A DNA stretch of 61,871 bases, filler included. It is 6 parts of 6 records of this genome, joined end to end, with 100 filler letters (N's around TTAATTAATTAA, not from the genome) between each part and the next. Parts side by side here need not be neighbours in the genome. Positions count along the whole stretch, not along the records: positions 1 to 16,802 come from SRR31156797_3373; 5 more parts are not named here. One strand, given 5' to 3'. Made by a program: the position numbers and the translations under genes. The notes under the pieces were generated by a model, which was given only the letters and a program-made list of their open reading frames with translations, did not search any database and had not been told where the DNA came from. Below, in pieces: positions 1-10,435 of the stretch (the first letter of the stretch is position 1; each line of letters begins with the position of its first letter).

Positions 1-30
1 GAGTTTAGAGTTTAGAATTTAGAGTTTAGA
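1..30. repeat. short tandem repeat (GAGTTTA-like units)
   Basis: gagtttagagtttagaatttagagtttaga at the contig start. Confidence 0.7.
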
Positions 31-545
31 ATTCCCGGACCTGATCGTCAAAAGGTTAGAAACCCAGGATGATTTGATTGCCACACTTTCTATGATTTAC
101 ATTACGCAGCTCAGTTCCGGTACCCGGGATGCAATGCCTTTCAGGATTTAAATCCAATTTGTATACATATTCTTGGTTTTGATATTATTTGTGGTGGTTA
201 TGAGTAAGATTGAAGGTTAGGCAAATATCACATTATTTAATGATGATCCGATTTAACAAATTTTCCCATGCTTCCAGCAGGGAAGACCATCCGATAAATT
301 CGATGATAAAATTTCTGATGAATGCAGTTTATCATCATACTGAAAATCAATCAAAAAAAAAGATAATATCATGCGTATTAATGTGGTGAAACAATCAATT
401 AGCCGCAATATTTTTATCCACAGCCTAATTGTTTACCTAGCCGTATAGTTTTGGATTGCAAGTGTTAATTGACAAATTCAGCTACAACATGGAACTTTCT
501 GGCACGAAACTTTTAGTATTTTTACGCCGATCCAAAATTTGAGTT

Positions 546-2174
546 ATGCATAAATCATTTGGAAAATATCCCGGTATCTTAGTTATCATGCTGATTTTCA
601 TTTCGGGGTGTGCAGTAAAAAAGATGGTGAAACAGGCCGAACAGTACGAAACTGCAGGCATGTTTAAGGAAGCATCGGACATGTACTTACAGGCCGTGCA
701 AAAAAAACCAAAAAAAGCAGAATACAAAATCGACCTGAAAAGAACCGGGCAATTGTATTACGAGGAACTGGCATCAGAGGCCAAAAGCAGCTTTAGCCGT
801 GGAGCATATAAGGAGACCGTTTACCATTTCCTGGAAGCTGAAGAATTGATCAGCAAGGTAGATCGAACCGGCGTTTCCATAAAAACCGATCCTGCCATGA
901 AGCGATATTTTGAGGATGCCAAAGACCGTTACCTCGAAGACCGGTATGAAGCAGGACAACGCCAGATATCCGACCAGGAATTTGATGAGGCAAAAACCAT
1001 TTTTAAAGAGATTTACAACATAGACCCGGATTATAAGGACACCCGAACCTACCTGAATCAGGCGACTTTTGAACCCATTTATCGTGAAGGATCCAAACTG
1101 TTTAACGATGGCCGGTTTATGGATGCATGGTATAGGTGGGATGAAATATACACACAGGAAAAAAATTACAAGGACGTAAAAGACCGTATGGATCAGGCCC
1201 TGAATGAAAGGTACAAAGAAGGCACAGTGTTGCTCATGAAGGAAGATTTTGATGATGCCGAGCATGCACTGGGAGATGTTTATACAGTAAATCCAAACTT
1301 TAAAGATGTGAAGGTGCAATACATCGAGGCCCGCAACGAACCCATTTACAGGCAGGCCAATGCAAATGTGGAAAAGGGCAAATGTCGCACAGCCTATTTT
1401 GAATATGAAGCCATCCTGGATGATGCCGGAACTTACAAGGACACAAAGGCGCTAAAAGATGAAGCCCTGGCATGCGCTGAATATCCCATTGCAGTTTACT
1501 CCAGGCCGGTGAAACATTACACGGCAGAAGCCATCAGGTTTGAAGAATCAACCGTAAACAGCCTGGTCAACCGCAACAATATCTTTCTGAAGATTTTCGA
1601 TCTGACGTCGATAAACAGGCGGCTTGAAAACCGGCTGATGAATGGCAACGGCGAACTGGATGACGCCTCATTAAAAGAATTGGAAAGCGATGACAATATC
1701 AAGGCTGTTTTAATTCTGGAATATAAAGATTTTGAAAAACGCGAAGGCCAGTTAAAGAAAGAAACCCAGACAGGCTTTGAACGCCAGGTAATTAAGAACA
1801 CCGAAGGGGAGTCGAGTGTGTATGATAAAAAGATCAGATACAGTGAGTATTCCAAACAAAACAGGGTAGCGCTAACGGTGAGTTATAAACTCATTTCCAC
1901 AGCAAATGGTGAGGTTTTGATTTCGGATAGTTACAGCGAATCTGAAAAAGACGATATCAGGTATGCCACTTATAGTGGTGATAAAAATAAATTGTATCCA
2001 GGGAAAAGCAATCGCGGAACATGGTCGGTGGATGAATCGGGATACCGGAAACTACAATCCCTGCTCAACTCCAACACCGAAATAAAAAGCGTGGAATATC
2101 TACAAAGACAAATATTCAAAGAACTTTCAGGCCGGATTGCTAACGACATCAATAATTTTAATCCTGAGAAATGA
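546..2174 (+). CDS. TPR-like repeat lipoprotein
   Basis: 542-aa ORF; lipobox-like ISGC after a hydrophobic stretch; repeated helical units (PDYKD..YL.QA..EPIYR). Confidence 0.75.
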   Translation: MHKSFGKYPGILVIMLIFISGCAVKKMVKQAEQYETAGMFKEASDMYLQAVQKKPKKAEYKIDLKRTGQLYYEELASEAKSSFSRGAYKETVYHFLEAEELISKVDRTGVSIKTDPAMKRYFEDAKDRYLEDRYEAGQRQISDQEFDEAKTIFKEIYNIDPDYKDTRTYLNQATFEPIYREGSKLFNDGRFMDAWYRWDEIYTQEKNYKDVKDRMDQALNERYKEGTVLLMKEDFDDAEHALGDVYTVNPNFKDVKVQYIEARNEPIYRQANANVEKGKCRTAYFEYEAILDDAGTYKDTKALKDEALACAEYPIAVYSRPVKHYTAEAIRFEESTVNSLVNRNNIFLKIFDLTSINRRLENRLMNGNGELDDASLKELESDDNIKAVLILEYKDFEKREGQLKKETQTGFERQVIKNTEGESSVYDKKIRYSEYSKQNRVALTVSYKLISTANGEVLISDSYSESEKDDIRYATYSGDKNKLYPGKSNRGTWSVDESGYRKLQSLLNSNTEIKSVEYLQRQIFKELSGRIANDINNFNPEK

Positions 2175-3541
2175 GAAACATTTTACTTTATTCCATTTTG
2201 ATTTTCCTGGCTGCCTGCTCTTCGAGCAGGAATCTGAGCTACGCGGAACTGATGGAAGGAGCACCGGGATGGGTGCGACAAACCCCAAACCAACCTGACT
2301 ATTACCATGGTGTAGGGATGGCCACCAAAGCCGGCAAACCCGACGATTACCGCGAAGTAGCCCGCCAAAACGCGCTTTCGGAACTGGCTTCGGGAATTTC
2401 GGTAAACATCTCCTCCACCTCCGTATTGAGCCAGTACGAGTTCAACAATGAGTACAGCGAATATTACCGCGACAACATTCAGCTCAGTACCGAACAATAC
2501 CTTGAAGGCTATGAACTGGTTGAAAACTGGGAAAACCCACAGCAGTACTGGGTGTATTACCGATTATCGAAAAGTAAATTTCAGCAAATCAAACAGGACC
2601 GGATCGATAAGGCTGTAACGGCTTCGAAATCAGATTTTGTGAAAGCCCGGGAATTTGCCACATCAGGAAATGCGCCTGAAGCCATGCGATTTTATGTGAA
2701 ATCGCTGGAAGAAATCAAGGACTTCCTCGGTGAGGACCTGAAAACGGACATTGATGGCCGGAGCCAGGGTTATTCGAGCTTGCTGTTTTCGGAGATGGTT
2801 ACCGAATTGCAGACCATCCGGATTATCTTCCCGGCAGAAAAGATTGTTTATACCCGCGGCACTGGTACGGATGATGAATCCATCCTTTTCACCGTGGTTG
2901 ATGAAAATGACAACCGCATTAAAAATGCACCGGTGGATATCCGGTTTTCGTTTTCACCAGGGAAGGTTATATCCGAGACTTCCAACTCCAACGGACAGGT
3001 GAGGGTAAAAATCCCGCAGTTTGATTCCAAAAAACGCGAGGAATATATTTCGGCCAGCATCAATATCGAAAAGCTGGTGCGCGAAAGTACTGACGACCCG
3101 ATGATTCGGCGCATGCTGGAAGGTTTGAATATCCCTGAGTATGTGCTGCCGGTCGAAATAATCTCTCCCAAATTTTACCTCGAAATTACCGAACAGAACC
3201 TTGGGGAGGTATTAAAAAGCAGCATTGTGCAACGAGAATTCCGCAACCTGCTGGAGCGTGACGGACTCATTGTAACAAACAGCCGGGCCAACGCTGATTT
3301 CATCATTCATTCCGAAACAGCCACCCAACAGGGAACGGAGGCCAAAGGAAAGTTCACAACCACATTGATTGCAGGTTTTAAGCTCGAAAATTCGCAGGGG
3401 CAGGTACAATGGTCAGATGATGGTGGTGAGATCACCGGATTGGGTGGTAGCTTTCAGGCTGCCGGGCATGATGCCTATAAATCGCTGCAAGGCAAAATCA
3501 GGATCAACATTTACCCGTCGATGTATCAGGCGGTTTTTTAA
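2171..3541 (+). CDS. LPP20-family lipoprotein
   Basis: lipobox LAAC; APGWV...YYHGVGMA...AR.NAL.ELA..ISV motif typical of LPP20; ATGA overlap with the upstream stop. Confidence 0.75.
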   Translation: MRNILLYSILIFLAACSSSRNLSYAELMEGAPGWVRQTPNQPDYYHGVGMATKAGKPDDYREVARQNALSELASGISVNISSTSVLSQYEFNNEYSEYYRDNIQLSTEQYLEGYELVENWENPQQYWVYYRLSKSKFQQIKQDRIDKAVTASKSDFVKAREFATSGNAPEAMRFYVKSLEEIKDFLGEDLKTDIDGRSQGYSSLLFSEMVTELQTIRIIFPAEKIVYTRGTGTDDESILFTVVDENDNRIKNAPVDIRFSFSPGKVISETSNSNGQVRVKIPQFDSKKREEYISASINIEKLVRESTDDPMIRRMLEGLNIPEYVLPVEIISPKFYLEITEQNLGEVLKSSIVQREFRNLLERDGLIVTNSRANADFIIHSETATQQGTEAKGKFTTTLIAGFKLENSQGQVQWSDDGGEITGLGGSFQAAGHDAYKSLQGKIRINIYPSMYQAVF

Positions 3542-3570
3542 CCCCCTCTAACTCCCCCAATTTGGGAGAG
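3541..3570. repeat. C/G-rich imperfect palindrome (REP-like or terminator)
   Basis: ACCCCCTCTAACTCCCCCAATTTGGGAGAG directly after the stop codon. Confidence 0.35.
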
Positions 3571-3821
3571 GATTCCGGCGAACATGGCCGCCGGGTGGTT
3601 TTGATGGAAATCGTTCTTTTTTGAGAAATTGTTAAATTACAGGAAATTCAGGCCTATGCGGTGAGACAGTGTCTCTCCGAAAAGTCTCTGCGGACCTTTG
3701 TGCCTTCTCTGAGCAGCTTTGTGTTACAGTTTAAGTTGTTGTTTCACAAAGGTGCCTCAAGGTTTCGCAAAAAATATTTTATTTTAACATTCACATTTTT
3801 CGTTTATCAACGAATTTCAAA

Positions 3822-4499
3822 ATGGAAAACAACCCCATCATAAACCTTGAAAACGTGTTCGTTTACCGCGATAAAATCCTGGTACTTTCAGATGTATCCC
3901 TCACCATCGAACATGGAGAATTTGTGTATCTTCTCGGCAAAACCGGGAGCGGAAAATCCAGCCTGCTTAAAACCCTGTATGCCGAACTGAAACCCGAAGA
4001 AGGCAGGGCATCCATCGCCGGCCATGATCTTTTTAACATAAAGGCCAAAGAAATCCCCTACCTACGCAGGAAAATCGGCATCGTGTTCCAGGATTTCCAG
4101 CTGCTCACCGACAGGACTGTAAACGCCAATCTGGAGTTCATCATGAAATCCACCGACTGGAAAAAGCAGGAAGCCATCGAGAAACGGGCCAACGAAGTGC
4201 TTGCCAAAGTGGGCATCCCCACCAAAGGGTTTAAAATGCCCCACGAACTCTCCGGTGGCGAGCAGCAGCGCGTTTGCATTGCCAGGGCGCTCATCAACAG
4301 TCCGGGCATTATCCTCGCCGACGAGCCCACCGGCAACCTCGATCCTGAAACTTCCAGAGACATTATACGGTTGCTGCACGAAATTGGCAAATCCGGAACC
4401 ACCGTAATCCTGGCCACGCACAACCACAATATGGTGAATGAGTTTCCGGGAAGGGTCATCCAAATGGACCGGGGGAAGATTTTGGAAGAACAAAGTTAG
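3822..4499 (+). CDS. ftsE: cell division ATP-binding protein FtsE
   Basis: Walker A GKTGSGKS, IPYLRRKIGIVFQDFQLL, LSGGEQQRV, ADEPTGNLDP. Confidence 0.85.
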   Translation: MENNPIINLENVFVYRDKILVLSDVSLTIEHGEFVYLLGKTGSGKSSLLKTLYAELKPEEGRASIAGHDLFNIKAKEIPYLRRKIGIVFQDFQLLTDRTVNANLEFIMKSTDWKKQEAIEKRANEVLAKVGIPTKGFKMPHELSGGEQQRVCIARALINSPGIILADEPTGNLDPETSRDIIRLLHEIGKSGTTVILATHNHNMVNEFPGRVIQMDRGKILEEQS

Positions 4500-4599
4500 A
4501 AGTAAGAAGTAGAAAGTAAGCAGTATGGCGGCCAAGACGTCCTATCGCGAAAACGTTACCCAACATAACAGAATTATTAACATATAAAGTTTTAAGTAC

Positions 4600-5241
4600 A
4601 TGAATAAATTTAATACACTTCTTCTTCAGACAGGAATAATATTCATATTTATCGCAATAGTAGGATGTAATAAAGATGATAATACCGAAACACCTCCAGA
4701 CCAAACAAATGGAACTTTTACGGATACTCGTGATGGTAATTTATATTCTTACAGCAAAATCGGTGATCAAATATGGATGACAGAAAATCTGACATATAAA
4801 GCCAACCAAGGTTGCTTGGCATACGACAATGATGAAAGCATTGCTGAAGATTACGGATATTTATATGATTGGGAAACTGCTGTTAATATCTGTCCCGACG
4901 GCTGGCATTTACCTACTGATCCAGAATGGCAGGAATTAATTGAATATCTTGGTGGTGAAGAGGTTGCCGGAGGAAAGATGAAAGAAGAAGGCACTTCTCA
5001 TTGGGGTGCGCCTAATACCGGAGCAACAAATTCCAGCGGATTTACCGGCCTACCGGGCGGAAATTATTCAATTTATGGTTTTCAGGGTCTTAATGGAGGA
5101 GGTCACTTTTGGTCTTCAACTCCACTTAATAACGCTGCAAAATCCTATTCACTTTATTACGATCATATAACAATTGGTTACGGAGTTAGTTCTTCAAAAG
5201 ATGTGGGTAGCAGCATAAGATGTGTTAAAAATGATAAGTGA
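4600..5241 (+). CDS. FISUMP (Fibrobacter succinogenes major paralogous domain) lipoprotein
   Basis: lipobox IVGC; FTDTRDGN.Y...KIGDQIWMTENL, YG.LYDWE, CPDGWHLPT..EW, N.SGF.GLPGG, SIRCVK. Confidence 0.85.
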   Translation: MNKFNTLLLQTGIIFIFIAIVGCNKDDNTETPPDQTNGTFTDTRDGNLYSYSKIGDQIWMTENLTYKANQGCLAYDNDESIAEDYGYLYDWETAVNICPDGWHLPTDPEWQELIEYLGGEEVAGGKMKEEGTSHWGAPNTGATNSSGFTGLPGGNYSIYGFQGLNGGGHFWSSTPLNNAAKSYSLYYDHITIGYGVSSSKDVGSSIRCVKNDK

Positions 5242-5327
5242 GTTTATTTTATAAAGAAAATGTCAATACGTGAGGTAATCAAGTAGACGCCCCGGTAAAA
5301 TAATGCAAGCCGGTTAAAATTATTGAA

Positions 5328-6038
5328 ATGCCAATAAATTTGATATTATTAAATAAAATTGCTGGAAAAGTCTTAAATCCAATCATGAGTTATTTGTTTC
5401 CTAAATGGTGGAAAGAACGAAATGAATTGGCATACTGGAAAATGAAAAAAAGAGAAGAAAAGACTTTATCGAATTTACACTATGAATTTTTTTATACTAC
5501 ACATTTTGGAATCGACAAATCAACATACAACAATAAAGTACTTCTCGATTTAGGGTGTGGTCCGAGAGGAAGTCTTGAATGGGCTAAAAATGCAAAAAGA
5601 AGAATTGGATTGGATCCATTATCAGCACAATATTTAAAATGGGGTGCGGATAAGCATGAAATGGAATATATGACCTACGGATCAGAACATATTCCCCTTG
5701 AGGACGGCGAATGTGATGTGATTTTCTCTTTTAACTCATTAGACCATGTTGAAGATGTTTTTGCAACAGTTAATGAAATAAAGCGCTGTTTATCTCCCAC
5801 CGGGTTCTTTTTACTGCTTGTAGAGGTTAATCATCTTCCAACAGCATGTGAGCCACATACATTAACGCCAAAGGGTATTTTAGCATTATTTAATCCTGAA
5901 TTTGAAGCTCAATTGGTTAAAGTGTATAAGCCTAAAGCAAATGGAATGTATCAATCTATCAAGTTAGGCGATACTTATTCTAATGCTTTAAATTGTCAGG
6001 AAGTTGGATGGTTCTCCGCCAAATTTGTGAGAAAATGA
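5328..6038 (+). CDS. class I SAM-dependent methyltransferase
   Basis: motif I VLLDLGCGPRG, IGLDP, DVIFSFNSLDHV; start could be 5385. Confidence 0.85.
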   Translation: MPINLILLNKIAGKVLNPIMSYLFPKWWKERNELAYWKMKKREEKTLSNLHYEFFYTTHFGIDKSTYNNKVLLDLGCGPRGSLEWAKNAKRRIGLDPLSAQYLKWGADKHEMEYMTYGSEHIPLEDGECDVIFSFNSLDHVEDVFATVNEIKRCLSPTGFFLLLVEVNHLPTACEPHTLTPKGILALFNPEFEAQLVKVYKPKANGMYQSIKLGDTYSNALNCQEVGWFSAKFVRK

Positions 6039-6208
6039 CGATTACTAATAGAGTAAACGGTCCCGGCCCTATATAACCGTTTTGAAGGGCTTGCTGAAAA
6101 AATCTGTTGAGTGTTTTGTCGTGAGATTTTATGAAACGTACCATAAAAACTTGACTTCGAATGGTAAAATGCATATTTTTACCATTCAAATTCAAAAACA
6201 AAAAAATC

Positions 6209-7135
6209 ATGAAATCCGACAATTATTTTACTTTTTCAGGTTTTGTAATTATTCAGCTTGTTTTGTTATTGTTTCTTACCAGCCCAAATACGCTGCTTGC
6301 TCAAAACATTAGCAGTATAGAAATTACGCCGAGCAACCCTACCATGAATGTTGGTGACACCCAAACTTTCGTGGCAGAAGGTTTTGATCAGGATGGAAAC
6401 CCGATTACTATCGCCGATCCCAATTGGGAGACTGATGCGAATTTTGGTGATTATGTGGTTAATCCGGACAACCCTGCCCAGTGCACATTTACGGCAACTG
6501 CTGAAGGTAACAGCTATATTTTGTGTTATGAAGGCCCTCCCGGTCAAGCTACTGTTCATGGTTCAACAGATATCACCATTACCGACGGAGGCCAGCAACT
6601 CACAACAATTGAGGTTACACCAAGTAATGCTACCATGAATGTTGGTGACACACAAACATTCGTTGCAGAAGGTTTCGATCAGAATGGCAACCCTATGACC
6701 ATTAGTCCGCAATGGTCAACTACAGGCGGAACCATCAATACGTCAGGAGAATACACCGCTACTACCAAAGGTAATTTTACGGTTACAGCCACAGTTGATA
6801 GAAACAGTGTGGAAGGGTTTGCATCGGTTACGGTTAACAGCACCGGTGTTGGTGAGCATGCTTCATCCGCTAAGTTCAGATTATTCCCGAATTACCCCAA
6901 CCCTTTCAGGTCTGAAACAACCATCCATTTCTACATACAAACAAATGATCATATCATTTTAAAAATTGTAAATCAATGGGGTCAGGAAATATCAGTACTC
7001 GCTGATTCGCAATTTGCACCCGGTACGCATAAAATTATTTTTAGCAGGAGCGGTTTGGCTCCGGGGATTTATTATTACACAATCCGCACCAACAACTTTT
7101 TTGATATCCAAAAAATGGTGGTTTTGAAATGGTAA
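6209..7135 (+). CDS. T9SS type A sorting domain protein with two Ig-like (Big_2-like) repeats
   Basis: signal peptide; duplicated IE.TPSN.TMNVGDTQTFVAEGFDQ.GNP; C-terminal NYPNPF...TTI.F...L.PGIYYY...KMVVLK; ATG at 6209 preferred over ORF start 6161. Confidence 0.8.
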   Translation: MKSDNYFTFSGFVIIQLVLLLFLTSPNTLLAQNISSIEITPSNPTMNVGDTQTFVAEGFDQDGNPITIADPNWETDANFGDYVVNPDNPAQCTFTATAEGNSYILCYEGPPGQATVHGSTDITITDGGQQLTTIEVTPSNATMNVGDTQTFVAEGFDQNGNPMTISPQWSTTGGTINTSGEYTATTKGNFTVTATVDRNSVEGFASVTVNSTGVGEHASSAKFRLFPNYPNPFRSETTIHFYIQTNDHIILKIVNQWGQEISVLADSQFAPGTHKIIFSRSGLAPGIYYYTIRTNNFFDIQKMVVLKW

Positions 7136-7493
7136 CAGAGGGTTTATACCTTGCCTATGCCTTCAGTCAATTTGAAGGATCATTTACAACACCCGACTCT
7201 GCGGTTAAGGTCTGGGAATTTCAAGTGTTAGAAATTTACACCCGTTCTAAATTTCATTTTCCCTAAATTTGGCACAAGAAAAAAGTTACGAATACCAACT
7301 TTAAGCATATTAAACCAATTGAGAAATTGAGAACCAATAGTAATCAGTCAGCAGATGTCAGTGGCATTTTAATATCAGGGAATACAAAACGGTGACTGCC
7401 TGCTGCCTACTTAATACTGCCTACTTTTAATCTCGAAAATTTTGAAGCGGTAACCATTTATTTGATTAGTAAAAAAAAGAAAAAAAACCGGGA

Positions 7494-8645
7494 ATGAGGA
7501 AGCCCAAAATCACACTGGCCTACGACGAACATCGCAACCGCGGGGTGGTGAGTTTGTGTTTTGAGAAGGATTTTGCGCTGATCAACAAAGTAAAAACCAT
7601 CCCCGGCACCGCCTGGAGCCAGAGCAAGGGTTGGTGGTACATCTTTAAGGAAGACTTTAATTTGGGGAAAGTTTTCGATGTTTTATCGCCGGTGGCTTAT
7701 TTGGATTATTCGGCATTGAAGGATGAACCATCCGCTCCTGTGACCATTAAAAAACCGGAAGGCAGAAAAAAAATTGTACCTGGTGATTTATCAGAGCAGC
7801 ATCAACAGGAACTTGACAGGTTCAAACGCTGGATGTTGCAACAACGCTATGCCGCAAACTCCATTAAAATTTACCAGTATTGCCTGTCCAATTTCTTCCG
7901 GTTCTACCCGAAAAAGGCAATCGATGAAATCAATAACCGGGATATCGAAAAATTCAATCTTGACTTTATTCTCAAAAACGGTTATTCATCCAAAACCCAA
8001 AACCAGTACATCAGTGCCATAAAAACCTTTTACCTGAAGATGAAAGGCACCAACCATACGTTGGCAAAACTCGAACGCCCCATCGAAGGACAAAAGCTCC
8101 CAAAGGTACTTGCTATCGAAATGATAAAAAAGATGATCGAAGGCATTTCAAACATCAAACACAAAACCGCACTCACAACAATTTATGCACTTGGGCTACG
8201 GCGCAGCGAATTATTAAACCTGAAATTAAACCACATCAGTTTAGAAAGGGATGTTGTGGAAATCATTAATTCAAAAGGAAAAAAAGACAGAGACCTGCCT
8301 TTGCCCAGAAGCTTGAAGCACCTTATCACAACATACCTCCGGCAGTTTGAACCCCGGATTTGGCTTATCGAAGGACAGAAGCCTGAAACACAGTATTCGG
8401 CTACAAGCCTCGAGAAGATTTTCAAGAAAAATTTGGCAAGGGTTACCAAAGATGATACTTTTACACTTCACTGTTTACGACATAGTTATGCAACACACCT
8501 TCTTGACATGGGCGTTGATTTGCGGATCATACAGGAACTACTTGGGCACAAAAGTTCCAGAACTACTGAAATTTACACGCATGTGAGTATGAAAAATTTA
8601 AAAAACGTAAAAAATCCATTGGATCAATTTGGAGGCCTGGCATGA
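7494..8645 (+). CDS. tyrosine recombinase/integrase (integron-like, lacks the IntI-specific insertion) with an extra N-terminal domain
   Basis: catalytic residues GLRRSE (R), SKGKKDR (K), HCLRHSYATH (H-x-x-R), LLGH, TTEIY (Y); SAM-like core-binding region. Confidence 0.92.
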   Translation: MRKPKITLAYDEHRNRGVVSLCFEKDFALINKVKTIPGTAWSQSKGWWYIFKEDFNLGKVFDVLSPVAYLDYSALKDEPSAPVTIKKPEGRKKIVPGDLSEQHQQELDRFKRWMLQQRYAANSIKIYQYCLSNFFRFYPKKAIDEINNRDIEKFNLDFILKNGYSSKTQNQYISAIKTFYLKMKGTNHTLAKLERPIEGQKLPKVLAIEMIKKMIEGISNIKHKTALTTIYALGLRRSELLNLKLNHISLERDVVEIINSKGKKDRDLPLPRSLKHLITTYLRQFEPRIWLIEGQKPETQYSATSLEKIFKKNLARVTKDDTFTLHCLRHSYATHLLDMGVDLRIIQELLGHKSSRTTEIYTHVSMKNLKNVKNPLDQFGGLA

Positions 8646-8665
8646 AAGAGTTTGAAATAAAAACA

Positions 8666-8738
8666 ACAAAAGGTGAACATATCCACAGCATGATGTTGGA
8701 TATGGTTACAAAAGGTGTACACATAAGAAGTTGTGCGG
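8666..8738 (+). other. putative attI-like primary recombination site
   Basis: direct repeats ACAAAAGGTG(A/T)ACA at 8666-8679 and 8708-8721; inverted repeat CATATCCA/TGGATATG; core GTTGTGCGG at 8730-8738, whose reverse complement closes the first cassette at 15623-15631. Confidence 0.6.
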
Positions 8739-8750
8739 CATACAAAGAAA

Positions 8751-8846
8751 GCCCACGCGCAAACAGGCACATTTGGTTTTTGCCGACACGCAAAGCCAAC
8801 GCTGAAAAACCAAAAGAGCCTGTTTTTTTTGCTAACGCTCGGACAG
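8751..8846 (+). repeat. structured repeat copy 1 (GCCAACGC-flanked hairpin)
   Basis: AAACAGGC/GCCTGTTT and TTTGGTTTTT/AAAAACCAAA stems; same architecture as 15509-15606. Confidence 0.55.
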
Positions 8847-8887
8847 AAACGATGAAATTTGAAACTGATAAAAAGAACTTAAAATAA

Positions 8888-10435
8888 ATGGCAAAAAAGA
8901 ACGGAAACGGAACGGAAGAACCGTTGGAAAAGCAACTCTGGAAATCGGCTGACAAGCTGAGAAAAAACATTGATGCTGCGGAGTATAAGCACGTAGTGCT
9001 CGGACTGATATTCCTGAAATATATTTCGGATGCATTTGAAGAACTTTACAACAAACTAAAGGCGGGAGAAGGTGAATATGCAGGTGCCGACCCAGAGGAC
9101 AAAGACGAATACAAAGCTGAGAATGTATTCTTCGTGCCAGAGAAAGCCCGTTGGTCTTATCTGCTCTCACAAGCCAAACAACCTACCATTGGTAAATCGG
9201 TAGATGAAGCCATGGACTTCATTGAAAAGGAAAACGTTTCGCTGAAAGGCGTTTTGCCCAAAGTATATGCCCGACAAAACCTTGACCCAACCAGTTTGGG
9301 TGAACTTATAGACATGATTGGAAACATTGCCTTAGGTGATGCCAAAGCCCGAAGTGCAGATATTCTAGGACATGTATTTGAATATTTCTTGGGTGAATTT
9401 GCCCTGGCAGAAGGTAAAAAGGGAGGACAGTTCTACACGCCAAGAAGCGTTGTAGAATTATTGGTTGAAATGTTGGAGCCATATAAAGGCCGTGTTTTTG
9501 ATCCTTGTTGTGGGTCAGGTGGAATGTTTGTGCAGTCTGAAGAATTTGTAACCGAACACCAAGGGAAAATCAATGACATTTCCATCTACGGACAAGAAAG
9601 CAATCAAACCACCTGGCGACTGGCCAAAATGAATTTGGCCATTAGAGGCATTGATAGCTCGCAGGTGAAATGGAACAACGAAGGCTCGTTTTTGAATGAT
9701 GCCCACAAAGACCTGAAAGCAGATTACATCATTGCCAACCCACCGTTTAACGTGAGCGATTGGAGCGGTGATTTGCTGCGCACCGATGGCCGCTGGAAAT
9801 ACGGCACACCACCTACAGGCAATGCCAACTACGCCTGGATTCAACATTTCATGTATCACCTTGCACCTAGCGGACAAGCGGGTTTTGTGTTGGCAAAAGG
9901 GGCTTTAACTTCTAAAAGTGGCGGTGAAGGTGACATTAGAAAAGAACTGGTGGAAGCCGATTTGATTGATTGTATTGTAAATCTGCCCGCCAAGTTGTTT
10001 TTGAATACCCAGATTCCTGCTTCGCTTTGGTTTATGAGCCGTAACCGAAGCAATGGCAAATTCCGAAACCGAACTGGAGAAATTCTCTTTATTGATGCCC
10101 GCAACTTAGGGCATTTGATCAACCGCAGAACCAAAGTACTTTCTCCCGAAGATATTGAGCAGATTACCAGCACTTACCACAACTGGCGAAATGTGGATGG
10201 CGATTATGAAGATATAAAAGGCTTCTGTGCATCTGCCACCAAAGCACGGGTAGCCGACCTGGACTATGTACTCACCCCTGGCCGATATGTTGGCTTGGCT
10301 GAGGAAGAAGATGATTTTGACTTTGCGGAACGCTTTACCAGCCTGAAAGCTGAGTTTGAGGCGCAACTTATAGAAGAAGCTCAACTCATTGAACGCATTG
10401 CCGCTAACCTTCAAAAAGTGAAAATTGATGAGTGA
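8888..10435 (+). CDS. hsdM: type I restriction-modification methyltransferase subunit M
   Basis: [30 protein letters not shown], catalytic NPPF. Confidence 0.95.
   Translation: MAKKNGNGTEEPLEKQLWKSADKLRKNIDAAEYKHVVLGLIFLKYISDAFEELYNKLKAGEGEYAGADPEDKDEYKAENVFFVPEKARWSYLLSQAKQPTIGKSVDEAMDFIEKENVSLKGVLPKVYARQNLDPTSLGELIDMIGNIALGDAKARSADILGHVFEYFLGEFALAEGKKGGQFYTPRSVVELLVEMLEPYKGRVFDPCCGSGGMFVQSEEFVTEHQGKINDISIYGQESNQTTWRLAKMNLAIRGIDSSQVKWNNEGSFLNDAHKDLKADYIIANPPFNVSDWSGDLLRTDGRWKYGTPPTGNANYAWIQHFMYHLAPSGQAGFVLAKGALTSKSGGEGDIRKELVEADLIDCIVNLPAKLFLNTQIPASLWFMSRNRSNGKFRNRTGEILFIDARNLGHLINRRTKVLSPEDIEQITSTYHNWRNVDGDYEDIKGFCASATKARVADLDYVLTPGRYVGLAEEEDDFDFAERFTSLKAEFEAQLIEEAQLIERIAANLQKVKIDE

Noticed and set aside
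6318-6700. Duplicated ~95-bp segment as a DGR template/variable repeat pair
   Set aside because: Both copies are in frame in one gene, differences are mostly synonymous and not adenine-specific, and no reverse transcriptase is present; this is an Ig-domain duplication.
7494-8645. Calling the recombinase intI or xerC/xerD
   Set aside because: It lacks the IntI-specific insertion, and its extra N-terminal domain and accessory context argue against a housekeeping Xer; no symbol assigned.
8642-8887. 81-aa ORF between the recombinase and hsdM
   Set aside because: It runs across the attI-like site and the structured repeat, has no recognisable domain, and is better explained as non-coding.
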